DNA from: an uncultured Pseudomonadota bacterium
GTDB taxonomy: Bacteria > Oederibacteriota > Muellerivitia > Muellerivitales > Muellerivitaceae
Direction of reading: 5' to 3'
Length of the DNA: 64,000 bases
NCBI GenBank assembly: GCA_963843375.1
Contig: CAWJKT010000015.1
Span: 102,396 to 166,395 of the forward strand
The notes beneath the pieces are model-generated. The model was not told the DNA's origin. It worked only from the letters and a program-made list of their open reading frames with translations, and did no database searches. Made by a program: the position numbers and the translations under genes. Shown here in pieces: positions 36,033 to 47,340 of this stretch. Within the stretch, counting starts at the first letter, position 1, and each line of letters begins with the position of its first letter.

Positions 36033-37511
36033 ATGAATTCATGGCGTATTTGGTTGGTGGGAGTCGTTTTAACCGGGTTAGCGGGAATGGGTTTGTTTGT
36101 GGGTTGTACGAGAGATATCTCGGTTCCCGTCAGTCCAGCCCTCATTGCCAATACTCCAACGCCTCTCGTTACTTCAACTCCTACATCTTCGCCAACAACA
36201 ACTCCAACTCGCACACCGACGCTTACGGCGACCCCGACTATTTCTCCCACTCCGATTGGTCCGACGAGTACCCCCACTAATACTGGTACAAGCACGGCCA
36301 CCCCAACGATCACTAACACCTTTACAATTACTCCTACACCAACAATTACGAACTCCCCAACAGTGACGCCCACGTCAACTCAGACAGGCACTCCGACGGC
36401 TACGCCGGCGGGTTGCGTACCCACCTTCCAAGCGACTTACACTTTCCCAACTGACAATCAATGTTGGTCGGCTTGGGGAAGTTTCACGCCAACTGTGAAC
36501 TGGGACAACGTCGATACCTACAATGGTTCCAATGCGATACAGGTAGCCGTTACCTTCACCTCGGAAACACAGTCCGAACTCATTGGTCTTAATTTAGGAA
36601 CGCCTGTCAACCTACCAACTGGCAGTGTGATTTCCCTTTATTATGAAGTTGTGGGTACGCCAAATCCAAACGGTCAAATTGTGATTAGCGGAACCACCGG
36701 CGGCACCACCGGCGCATGGCAAAATAGTCTTGCCGGAACTTATACCCAAGAGGCGGTCACATTGGCTTCAAACGCCACGGGGGTTTCCCAGATTGGATTC
36801 CAGCTTCTTTATGGCGGCACACCCAATGCGGGTGGGCCGGAAGCGGTAACAGTAAACATCGCGGCAGTTACGATTACGGTGAACATGTCAGGTACGCCCA
36901 CACCCGTTCCCGGTTATAGCTGGACTTGGACTGATGGTTTGGCGGATTACTGGTCTTCTGTCTACCCTGCGACGGGTGCCAGTGCGGCCGCTACATCATT
37001 AAGCGCGGCTGGGGTAACAAGTTGCGGCGATAGTAGCCTCTATGCCTTGGATATTACCTTTATGCCCACCTCAAGCAATAATGACATTCAAACACAAGTA
37101 GGTGGTCCAACATCCGGTACCCCACCGCCACCTGTATTTCCACTTAACTTCGTCACACTTGGGGCGACGGGAGTGCGGTGCAATGTGATGGTGTTGCCCG
37201 ATGCCTACAGTGTAAGTACAAGCGAATATATCGGCGGTGCCTTGTATGTAACGAGCACAGCCTATGGGAGCAGCACCAGTGACGCCGACATATTCGGAGG
37301 AACCTATGAGGGTTGGACCGGTGGCGGGTCTCCGACCAATCTTGACGCTTATCCAGCCGATACCTGCATTCCTTTGAATATCACACCCACCGGAGGCAAT
37401 TGGACTACCGATGAAACTTCAATTGCGGCAATTGGTGTTGATTTTAATATGAGCACTGCCAACATGCCGACTCAAGCGGATTTCTTGGTTGATAACGTCG
37501 TCATTTATTAA
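36033..37511 (+). CDS. Lipoprotein with Pro/Thr-rich linker and two putative CBM-like beta-sandwich domains
   Basis: Lipobox LFVG-C, ~90-aa TPT repeat region, aromatic-rich domains, ends FLVDNVVIY. Confidence 0.8.
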   Translation: MNSWRIWLVGVVLTGLAGMGLFVGCTRDISVPVSPALIANTPTPLVTSTPTSSPTTTPTRTPTLTATPTISPTPIGPTSTPTNTGTSTATPTITNTFTITPTPTITNSPTVTPTSTQTGTPTATPAGCVPTFQATYTFPTDNQCWSAWGSFTPTVNWDNVDTYNGSNAIQVAVTFTSETQSELIGLNLGTPVNLPTGSVISLYYEVVGTPNPNGQIVISGTTGGTTGAWQNSLAGTYTQEAVTLASNATGVSQIGFQLLYGGTPNAGGPEAVTVNIAAVTITVNMSGTPTPVPGYSWTWTDGLADYWSSVYPATGASAAATSLSAAGVTSCGDSSLYALDITFMPTSSNNDIQTQVGGPTSGTPPPPVFPLNFVTLGATGVRCNVMVLPDAYSVSTSEYIGGALYVTSTAYGSSTSDADIFGGTYEGWTGGGSPTNLDAYPADTCIPLNITPTGGNWTTDETSIAAIGVDFNMSTANMPTQADFLVDNVVIY

Positions 37512-37530
37512 TCGAACAAAAAATTAAATC

Positions 37531-37566
37531 AAAAGCGGTTCGCTTCCAAGCGGACCGCTTTTTTTA
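37531..37566 (+). terminator. Rho-independent terminator
   Basis: AAAAGCGGTTCGCTT-CC-AAGCGGACCGCTTTTTTT. Confidence 0.85.
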
Positions 37567-37697
37567 TTTGGGGATATGGTTGAGATCGTGATTTCCACGA
37601 TCATAAAAATTGTGGCGCAATGGAGTTAATGATTTTTGTTGGGAATTATTAAAATATGAACCTTGAATAATAGGTTTGGATATCCCACAATCCATTC

Positions 37698-39688
37698 ATG
37701 CTCTTCGAACTTACATCCAATTTCAAACCCACCGGGGACCAGCCCCAAGCCATAGAAAAGCTCACTCGGAACATTGAAAAAGAGATCGCTCACCAAACCC
37801 TTTTAGGGGTAACGGGGTCGGGAAAAACCTTCACGATGGCCCAGGTCATCCAGAAACTCCAACGGCCAGCCCTTATCGTTTCGCATAACAAAACCCTTGC
37901 GGCGCAGCTTTACAGCGAATTCAAGGATTTTTTCCCCAAAAATGCCGTGGCCTATTTCGTGAGTTATTACGACTATTATCAGCCTGAGGCTTATATTCCC
38001 CACACAGACACATTCATTGAGAAGGACGCTTCGATCAACATGGAATTGGATCGTCTCCGGTTGGAGGCCACGGCTCTTCTGCAGGAAAGGCGGGACGTCA
38101 TTATTGTGGCCTCGGTTTCGTGTATTTATGGACTGGGGTCACCGGAAAACTACAAGTCGATGCACTTGGTGATTCGGGAAGGACAGGAAACCCCGCGGGA
38201 AAAATTACTGAAGGAACTGGTCGAAATCCAATATGCGCGCAATGACATTGATTTCAGCCGCGGCAAGTTCCGGGTGAAAGGGGACGTGGTTGAGGTTTAC
38301 CCGGCCTACGAAGAGAACCCATTCCGAATCGAATTTTTCGGGGACGAGGTGGAAAAAATATCTGAGATTGATCCGGTGACCGGAAAGGCCCTCAACCGCA
38401 GAACGGTATTTCCGATTTATCCGGCCAAACATTATGTCATGCCCGAATCCGTCATCAAGCGGTCCATCGGTGACATCCGGGACGAACTTCGGGAGCGGCT
38501 CCAGGAACTGAAAAAAGCCGAAAAACTGGTGGAAGCCCAGCGGCTGGAACAGCGCACCATGTTCGACCTGGAAATGATCGAGGAAATGGGCTATTGCCAG
38601 GGCATTGAGAATTACAGCCGTCATTTTGAGGGTCGTAAACCGGGGGAACCTCCCTATACTCTTTTGGACTATTTCCCCAAGGATTTCATCACTTTTATCG
38701 ACGAGTCCCATGTGACCCTGCCCCAGCTTCACGGGATGTTCAACGGGGATTATGCCCGCAAAAAGAACCTTGGTGGATTTTGGCTTTCGGTCTGAAATGC
38801 GCTTTCGACAACCGGCCCCTGAAATTCGAGGAATTGCAAGAAAGAATAGACCAGGTCATTTACGTTTCCGCTACACCTTCCAAAGAAGAGCTGAAGTACT
38901 CGAACGGTGAAATGATCGAGCAAATTATCCGTCCTACTGGATTGATGGACCCTGAAATCGAGGTGAGGCCCGCCGTGACCCAGGTGGACGACCTCATAGG
39001 TGAAATCCGAGAAAAGGTCAAAAAACAACAGCGGGTATTGGTCACCACCCTCACGAAGAAGATGTCGGAGGATTTGACCAATTACTTGAAGCAAATCAAC
39101 GTCAAGGTGGCCTATCTTCATTCGGATGTCGAAACCTTGGACCGGATCAGGATCATCCGGGATCTCCGGCTGGGGGTTTACGACGTTTTGGTGGGGGTAA
39201 ATTTGCTAAGGGAGGGCTTGGACCTGCCCGAAGTCAGCTTGGTCGCGATCATGGACGCGGATAAAGAAGGGTTTTTGCGCTCGGAGGTATCCTTGATGCA
39301 GACCGCCGGGCGCGCCGCCCGGAACGTGGAAGGGAAAGTCATTTTTTACGCCGATAAGGAGACCGAATCCATGCGGAAAACCCTTGTGGAAACAAAACGC
39401 CGGAGAACAGTGCAAAATGAGTACAACAAAAAACATGGGATCACTCCCGCCACTGTAAAAAAACAAATTCGGGAAATATTGACGACTGTTTATGAGGCCG
39501 ACTATTACACCATTCCTGTATCCGCTGAAGAAGGGGAGACCTACTTGGTACCCGAAGCTATTCCCCGCAAAATCGTGGCTTTAGAAAAAGAAATGGTCGA
39601 ATACGCCCAAAAATATGAGTATGAAAAGGCCGCCGAATTGAGGGACGAGATCCGAAAGTTGAGGGAACGGATCAAAAGTCCAAACTAA
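37698..39688 (+). CDS. uvrB: Excinuclease ABC subunit B (frameshifts ~38770-38790)
   Basis: [42 protein letters not shown]-terminal UVR domain. Confidence 0.98.
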
Positions 39689-39801
39689 GTGACCCTGAAA
39701 AGTCAAAAAATATTTTCAATATCAAGATGTAAATTACTCTGAAAAAGGGACACTAATAATACCAAGCTTGAAAGGGTTCGGAATTAATACTGAGGTGGAA
39801 A

Positions 39802-41616
39802 TTGGTTGATGAGGATTTAAGTAAAAAAATCGAGGTGCTGAAAAAAACTGCTGCGGGTTTCCCGGATTCGCCCGGCGTTTATTTGTTTAAAAACCCCAAA
39901 ATAACGTTCTTTATGTTGGCAAAGCCATTTCGCTGAAAAAAAGAACGGCTTCCTATTTCAACCAAAATGCCCTTGCCAGTCCTAAAATCAGTTCTCTGTT
40001 GGAACAGGCTTCTCAAATTGAATACGTCATGACGGAGGATGAAAAACAGGCCCTTTTACTTGAAAGCAACCTCATTAAGCGCCATCGTCCGCGATATAAC
40101 GTGGTTTTGCGGGACGATAAAAGTTATCCCTATTTAAAGTTAACGACACAAGAGGATTTTCCAAGGATTTTAATTTCCCGCCGGCCCTCGGCGGATGGCG
40201 CCAAATATTACGGCCCCTATCCCAATTTGAAACTTCGAGAAATCATGAAAATGATCTACCGGTATTTCAATATCCGGGATTGTAATATTGAAATCGACGG
40301 CAAAGCCGATAGGGCCTGTTTGAGTTATCAGATCAAACAATGCCCCGCGCCTTGTATCGGGCTCATCCAAAAGCAGGCCTATGGGGAATTGGTGGATAAG
40401 CTCCAATGGTTCCTGGAAGGAAAGCATGACGACCTGATGGAGCATGTTCAAAAAGAAATGTTAAAGCCGCGGAACGGCAGGAATACGAGGAAGCCGCCAA
40501 ATACCGGGATCTATTGGAGACCATCCGGCAAATGCAAAGCGGATATACGGTCATCATACCGGTAAAAAAGGATTTGGATGTTTTCGCCTTTGCCCAAGGG
40601 CTAGCGAAAGTCTTGGTTTCGGTCCTTCAGGTTCGGCAGGGAAAAGTAATCGACCATATCAAACTGACTTTGGAAAACGAAATGGAAATGGGTTTGGAAG
40701 AAGTCGCCGCAGCCTTTTTCCCGCAGTATTACGTTAAGGGTGTTTTTATTCCGGAGGAAATGTTGATTTCTTCAGAATTGACGCTGGAATCCGATGTTGA
40801 AAATATTCTTACCCTTCAAAAGGGCAATCGGGTTCAGGTCAAAAATGCCAAAGAGGAATGGCGGCTTAATTTAATGAATATGGCTGAAAAAAACGTTCTG
40901 ACGGCCTTAAAGGAGGATCTCGCCCAGACTGCCTTATTGAAGGAAATCCAAACCTTGTTGAATTTAAAAAACATTCCACGAAATATTGCCTGTTTCGACA
41001 TCTCAACCCTCCAAGGGGCTTTCACCGTAGGTTCGGCTATTTTTTTCAGGGATGGAGTGCCGGAAAAAAGCCGATACCGGAAGTTCAAGATAAAGGAAAT
41101 TGCGGGACAAGATGATTTTCGCTCCCACCAGGAAATGATGCGCCGTTATCTGCGCCTATTGGAAAGGGAGGGTAATCCCATACCCGACCTGTTTTTGATT
41201 GACGGTGGGAAAGGACAGTTAAGCGCGGTAGAAGCGGTTTTGGAAAGTGAACTGGGAAGGAAACTTACGGCTTGGCATCCTTGGCAAAAAGAGAAGAGGA
41301 AGTTTTTGTTCCGGGCCAAGGTAAACCCGTTGACTTCACTGGTCATTTAAAAGCAAGGCATCTTACTCCAGCGGATTCGGGATGAATCCCATCGTTTTGC
41401 CGTTGGATATCATCGGATCATCCGGGATCGACAAGCGGTAACTTCCATGCTGCAAAAGGTCAAAGGTATAGGCCCAACCCGACTTGAGATCTCTTTTGAA
41501 TCGCTTTGATTCCGATCAAAGAGATAGAAAAGGCCCCCCTTGAGGAATTGGAGACGGTTCCGGGATTTTCAAGGGAATTGGCCCACCAATTATTCAAAGC
41601 TTTCCATTCGAGATAA
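39802..41616 (+). CDS. uvrC: Excinuclease ABC subunit C (several frameshifts)
   Basis: [53 protein letters not shown], HhH tail. Confidence 0.95.
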
Positions 41617-41895
41617 TTGAGTCAAAAACACTTTAAAAAATTAATCGTCAAGAATTTTACAAAATGCTTCCATTGATGTTATAATTCAATCATCCAGTCA
41701 ATTAAATGACAGGCGTGGCTTTCATTGTCAGATTTTAAAACATCGGAAAACCATATCTAGAAGAATAATTTCGATACCGCGGTCCAAAATTGGGCTGGCG
41801 GAAGGGATTCGAGGCTAGAGCACGAAACCGACTGGAAAATCGTTTTAAAAGATTTGCCAAAGACCTAATCGATAAAGTCAACTCGCGGAATTTCA

Positions 41896-43774
41896 ATGAA
41901 AACATCCTCACCCTATTTTCACGGAAGTATTCTGGCCGAATTGGTGAGTCGGACTTTGTTCGTGGGGATTGTTATTCTTTTTGTTTACGGTGGATTCGCC
42001 TATTACGTTTCTAAAAGAACATTCGATGTAGAAATGGGAGACCGCCTCTTAGCCATTGCCAGGTTATCTTCGGGGCAAACCCGTGCGGAATGGCTCCCCT
42101 TTCCTTGATGGAAAGGGAGAACTCTATGAGAAATTTCGTGATTTTTTGACCGAGAAAGAAAGGGAAAGTCAGGCTAAAAATATATTTATCTTAGACCTTT
42201 CCGGTCGTGTCCTTGTTGACGCCAATGGACAATATGATTTTCAGGAGAATAATTGGCTCCGTGACTTGGATCCGGAGCCTTTTCTCCGGGCCAAAAACGG
42301 TATTCCCTCGGCGTCTATTTTGTTTCCGGAAAGTGACGGGGGAATTTATAAAATCGGATATACGCCCTGTTTACAAAATAAAAAAATTATCGCCGTATTA
42401 GGGGTTGAAGCCAGCGCCAAATTCATTGATGGACTCAATCAATTTGCAAAAGTGCTCTTTGCGTTTGGACTTGTCTGCCTAATTCTCATGGGCGGACTTC
42501 TTTTCGCATTTGGAAGGCGTTTTATTTCACCGATTGAGGCAATGGCTAAAGCCTCCCAAAAGATCGCAGAAGGTGATTTCAGCCGCCGTATTCCGGTCAC
42601 CTCCACCAATGAACTCGGCGCCTTGGCTTACGCCTTTAATGAAATGACAAAACGTCTTCAAAGCCACAACGAATACATTTTGGAAAGCATGTCGAATGGG
42701 TTATTAGTCTTGGACCTGAATGGAACTGTAACAACATTCAACCAGGCTGCATCCGAAATTCTTGAGATCCCAAAAGAAGCGGCGATGGGCCAAGATTTTG
42801 AGACCGTATTCTTGAAATTTCCAGATTTTTTGAACGCAGTTAAAACCGCCCATCTAACGAATCATCATCTCGAAAACCAGGAAATCAATCTTTCCGAAGA
42901 AAACCCCAAATTCATTCGCCTTCGAAGCGCGCCGTTATTAGGCGCGGATTCCCACGAATTGGGGACTGAAGTGCTTTTCACGGATGAAACCCAGCTGCGA
43001 CGGCTTCAAACGCAGATCAAAAATACGGAAAAAATGGCAACCATCGGTGAATTGGCGGCGGGAATCGCCCATGAAATACGAAATCCACTCGGCGCCATGA
43101 AAGGCTTTACGGAGATTCTTCAGAAAAAACTCGTCAAGATTCCTGAGGCCAAAGAGATGGTCGCCGATATTGCTTCGGAAATCGAAATTTTGAATAAGAT
43201 CGTGACCAATTTCTTGGTTTTTGCTAAACCGACTTCTCTGGAATCTCAGGAAACTAATTTATCAGAGGCGATTCAAGGCGTCCTTCCTCTTATTGAAAAA
43301 GAAGCGGAAGTGAAAAAAATAAAAATAATTTTTAACAAAAACAAAGAATTATTTTTACAGCTCGATGTTGAGCAGTTTCGAAGGGCCGTCTTAAATTTAG
43401 CTTTGAACGCCATACAGGCTTCGTCCCAAGGTAAGGTAGTTGAAATCGAGATGGAAAATTTTACTCGCGTGGAATTATGTGATTTTTTAAATGAAAACGG
43501 ATTTTCGGATTTGGTGCCAGCCGAAACCGAAGGGAATTGGGGAGGCGTTTGGGTATTAGATCAAGGCACTGGAATTGATTCTGAAAATTTTAAAAAATTA
43601 TTTAACCCGTTTTTCACAACAAAAACGGAGGGGTTTGGTTTGGGTTTGTCGATTACGCGGAAAATTGTTGAGTCAATGGGGGGGAGTGTGTCGGCCGCAA
43701 ACCGCCCGGAAGGTGGCGCCATGTTTTTAATCATATTACCTATTCGAAAGAAAGAGGAGGAGGCTGTTTCATGA
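41896..43774 (+). CDS. NtrB/AtoS-like sensor kinase with HAMP and PAS domains (frameshift ~42100)
   Basis: Two TMs, HAMP, PAS, AGIAHEIRNPL, FFTTKTEGFGLGL. Confidence 0.92.
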
Positions 43775-45162
43775 GCACGATATTATTGGTGGATGATAAA
43801 TCCAGCATGCGAAAAGTCTTGCGGCAAACACTTGAAAGCGAACAAAGAAATGTTTTGGAAGCTGAAGATGGGGAAAAAGCAATGGAAACTATCAAAACTA
43901 AACATGTGGACCTTGTTATTACCGACATCAAGATGCCGAAACTAGATGGGATGAGTCTTCTTAAAATGATTCGAGAACTTGATACGGAAATTGTTGTCAT
44001 CATTATGACGGCCTACGGCACCATAGAAACGGCGGTTGAAGCCATGAAATTAGGAGCTTATGACTACGTCACCAAGCCCTTTTCTACCGAACAAGTAAAA
44101 TTGACGGTCGAAAAGGCCATTGAACGCCAGAAACTGCTTTATGAGAACAAATACTTACGCGAAAAACTGAACGACCAATATAACTATAAACGAATTGTTG
44201 GAAACAGTCCTTCCATGCAACCGGTTTACGAACTAATTGAAAAAGTATCTCCGACTGATACTGCCGTTCTTGTTCGTGGAGAGTCAGGGACAGGAAAAGA
44301 ACTGGTAGCCCATGCGATTCATTTTAATAGCCGACGAAAAGAGAAGCCCTTTATTAAAGTAAATTGCGCGGTTTTGGCGGAAGGTGTTTTGGAAAGTGAA
44401 TTATTCGGGCATGAAAAGGGGTCGTTTACAGGGGCCGCGGGGAAAAGAATTGGTAGATTTGAATTGGCCAATGGGGGATCCATTTTCTTAGACGAAATTG
44501 GCGATATTAGCCTTTCCACCCAAGTGAAACTTTTACGCGTATTGCAAGAAAAAGAGTTTGAGCGGGTGGGGGGAACCGAATGCATCAAAGCGGATGTACG
44601 AGTAATAGCCGCCACTAACAAAAACCTGGAGGAAGCTATCAAGAAGGGGCAATTTCGGGAAGATCTTTTTTTCCGTTTGAATGTTGTTCCCATCAACGTT
44701 CCTCCCCTTCGGGAGCGAAAAGAAGATGTTGAACGGATGAGCTTTCATTTTCTAAACCGATATAGCATGGAAGCGAATAAAAAAATTGGCAAAATCGAGA
44801 AGAAGGCGCTTGAATTGATGACTCGATATAACTGGCCAGGAAATGTCAGGGAATTGGAAAATGCCATTCAACGAGCTGTTGTTCTGGCCGACTCGGACAC
44901 CATCTATCCATCGAATTTGCCTTTGGATATCCAAACTTTTCAAAAGGATGAATACCTCCATTATTTAAAGGAAGACGCAAGTCTCACTGAAAAGGTTGAG
45001 AATTATGAGAAGGAACTTATTTTGAAGGCGATGGAAAAAGCCAATCATGTTCAGACGAAGGCGGCCAAACTTTTAGACATCAACCGGACCGCCTTGATAT
45101 ATAAACTTAAAAAATACGGTTTGCTGACAGATGGAAACGACGGTAACAACCCAGAGGCATGA
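43771..45162 (+). CDS. sigma54-dependent NtrC-family response regulator
   Basis: Receiver + GESGTGKE, ESELFGHEKGSFTGA, WPGNVRELEN + Fis HTH. Confidence 0.97.
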   Translation: MSTILLVDDKSSMRKVLRQTLESEQRNVLEAEDGEKAMETIKTKHVDLVITDIKMPKLDGMSLLKMIRELDTEIVVIIMTAYGTIETAVEAMKLGAYDYVTKPFSTEQVKLTVEKAIERQKLLYENKYLREKLNDQYNYKRIVGNSPSMQPVYELIEKVSPTDTAVLVRGESGTGKELVAHAIHFNSRRKEKPFIKVNCAVLAEGVLESELFGHEKGSFTGAAGKRIGRFELANGGSIFLDEIGDISLSTQVKLLRVLQEKEFERVGGTECIKADVRVIAATNKNLEEAIKKGQFREDLFFRLNVVPINVPPLRERKEDVERMSFHFLNRYSMEANKKIGKIEKKALELMTRYNWPGNVRELENAIQRAVVLADSDTIYPSNLPLDIQTFQKDEYLHYLKEDASLTEKVENYEKELILKAMEKANHVQTKAAKLLDINRTALIYKLKKYGLLTDGNDGNNPEA

Positions 45163-46136
45163 AAAAATCATTTTTAATATTCATTTTAATTTCGTATCTT
45201 GCGACAACAAGTCCTGGGTATCCTCAGCAATCCACAATTCCGGAGTCAAGCACCGGGGCTGTTCTGTCTGAAACTCAATGGAAAACGGTTGTTACGGAAT
45301 TTGAAAAATCGGTCATGGATCTTTCAACCACTCTTGAAAAATACAAATCTGATTTCAATTTATTGCAGGAGAAAATTCAACATCTTGAGGACACGATTAC
45401 GGAACTTCGACAAAAGAACGAAAAAGGTTCGAATGTTTTCGATGAAATCAGGCTCAAGGGCCTTTTGAATGATTTAAAAGAAGATTTGGAAAAAAGTTCT
45501 GATCTTCAACACCAACAGGATGATATGCAGAAAGAATTTGAGCAAAAAGCACTATCCCTTGTCGCGCTTTACAATGATCGAATTGAGAGTGAATTACAAA
45601 CGAATGGTGTTTCTCTTGGGCCGTCCGAGCTTCAGTTTAAGTTGGATTCATTAGCCATTTTGATCCAAAAGCGAAATCACCTTCAATCCTTGTTGAAAAA
45701 GTATCAAAAAAAGACCAGAAATGCGGAACCGCTCCCCGTGGAATCGTTGAATTCACTCAAAACAAATGATCGGGAAAGTCTTCAACTAACCCTGGATTTA
45801 ATTCAAGACCGAAAAAAAAGCATGGATGAACAACTCGAAAAATGGTCGATAGAGGAAGAAGAAATCAAGAACGAATTAAAACTACAAGGCAAAATGCAGG
45901 AGTTTTTGGATGGTATCCGACGGATGAACGAAGACTCCGATTTCCCCAGTGGAAACCTAAAAAAGAATGATTTGGGAAACGCCATGGGCGGGAAAGAGCA
46001 CATCAAATTAGAAACACATTTAAATAAAGTCCAAGGATTGATTCAACAAGGCCAGGAATCATTGGCCCAACTAAATCAACTTATGGCGAAAATTCAAAAT
46101 CAATTAGAGAATTTTGGAGAGAGGAAATCCAAATGA
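45159..46136 (+). CDS. Exported all-helical coiled-coil hypothetical protein
   Basis: Signal peptide, heptad-rich; ATGA overlap with the regulator. Confidence 0.75.
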   Translation: MKKSFLIFILISYLATTSPGYPQQSTIPESSTGAVLSETQWKTVVTEFEKSVMDLSTTLEKYKSDFNLLQEKIQHLEDTITELRQKNEKGSNVFDEIRLKGLLNDLKEDLEKSSDLQHQQDDMQKEFEQKALSLVALYNDRIESELQTNGVSLGPSELQFKLDSLAILIQKRNHLQSLLKKYQKKTRNAEPLPVESLNSLKTNDRESLQLTLDLIQDRKKSMDEQLEKWSIEEEEIKNELKLQGKMQEFLDGIRRMNEDSDFPSGNLKKNDLGNAMGGKEHIKLETHLNKVQGLIQQGQESLAQLNQLMAKIQNQLENFGERKSK

Positions 46137-47224
46137 ACAATATTCGTTTTTATCTTATTTTTATTTTATTCCTAATTCCTTTTTGGAGCGTGGCACAGGA
46201 AACCACTCATCCGGATCCGTTCCAATTAGAGGCGGTCCCGGAGCCGGTGGAAGTGGGTTTGCGTTATGATGACAATGTTTTCCGGGAAGTTTCGTTGGAA
46301 GACCGCTTGCCAGACGAAGTCTATTCATTAAATCTCGGCGGGGAAGCGAGCCCAAGTTATGATGTTTTTAAAGGCGACCTGGAATATCATTTGGGAGCTG
46401 ATCAGTATGAACTTTACACGGTTCTTAACAATTTAATAAATGATTTTAATCTTTCGATCGCGATTGCTCCAACGGAATGGAGTTTTTCTTACAAGAAAGA
46501 GTTTTATTTACGAACCAGCGATTATTCCGATTTTAATTATTTTGATGACAACAATTTTTTTGAAGTTCAATGGGCTCCCTCCGGATCAAGGGAATATGAA
46601 ACCGGCTATAAATACTATTCACGAAATTATTACGATACGAGTTACACTTACCAATCCAGGAATTTCGTGGATCAGGAAATACTTTTGAGCGTGCAACAGG
46701 AAATAAACGACAAATTTTCTTTGAAATTGGAAGGAAATTACAATAACCGCCAATTCGACCGAAACCCGGTTGGAATGGAAGACGGAAATCTTGTTAATTT
46801 GACTGGAATTCAAACCGATCAAACCTGGTCCGGTATTTTAACCGCACATCTTTATTTTGACTCTATATTTCAGGACATTAATTTTGAACATCAAAGAACC
46901 AATTCGAACAGCTACGGATTTTCCAATACGGTTGAGAGTGTTTCTTGGGCTGCCGTCATCCGGCCTGCTTCGTCTTTATACCTTCAATTGTTTTTCAGGT
47001 TATATTCCAAAATTTACGATGTGGCGCCACTTATCAATCCCTACCTGCAAATAGGTTATGTGGATGAGGACAGTCAGGATCTTCTTTCCATCAAAGGAAG
47101 TTGGGAATGGACTTCCCAGTGGGTGGCCAACCTCAGTTTGAGTCGCCTTCGGGATGAATCGACCCAACCTGGCGAATTTTATATCAAGGATATCCTTTCG
47201 CTTGAAATACAAAGAAAGTTTTAA
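46133..47224 (+). CDS. Putative outer-membrane beta-barrel protein
   Basis: Signal peptide, YDDNVF N-terminal motif, amphipathic Tyr-rich strands, C-terminal Phe. Confidence 0.7.
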   Translation: MNNIRFYLIFILFLIPFWSVAQETTHPDPFQLEAVPEPVEVGLRYDDNVFREVSLEDRLPDEVYSLNLGGEASPSYDVFKGDLEYHLGADQYELYTVLNNLINDFNLSIAIAPTEWSFSYKKEFYLRTSDYSDFNYFDDNNFFEVQWAPSGSREYETGYKYYSRNYYDTSYTYQSRNFVDQEILLSVQQEINDKFSLKLEGNYNNRQFDRNPVGMEDGNLVNLTGIQTDQTWSGILTAHLYFDSIFQDINFEHQRTNSNSYGFSNTVESVSWAAVIRPASSLYLQLFFRLYSKIYDVAPLINPYLQIGYVDEDSQDLLSIKGSWEWTSQWVANLSLSRLRDESTQPGEFYIKDILSLEIQRKF

Positions 47225-47340
47225 AAATGGTGAGGTGGATTAAAAACTTCATGAAACTGAATATGTGGTTAATCAAGAGCCGTTGACAAGATTCGACGGC
47301 ACTTTATATGATGGATAAATAGTAATCGGAAGGCGAATGG

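Noticed and set aside
36150..36410. Repeat-like DNA (also 14550-14700) as a CRISPR array or tandem repeat
   Set aside because: It encodes Pro/Thr-rich linkers with varied codons; there is no repeat-spacer structure
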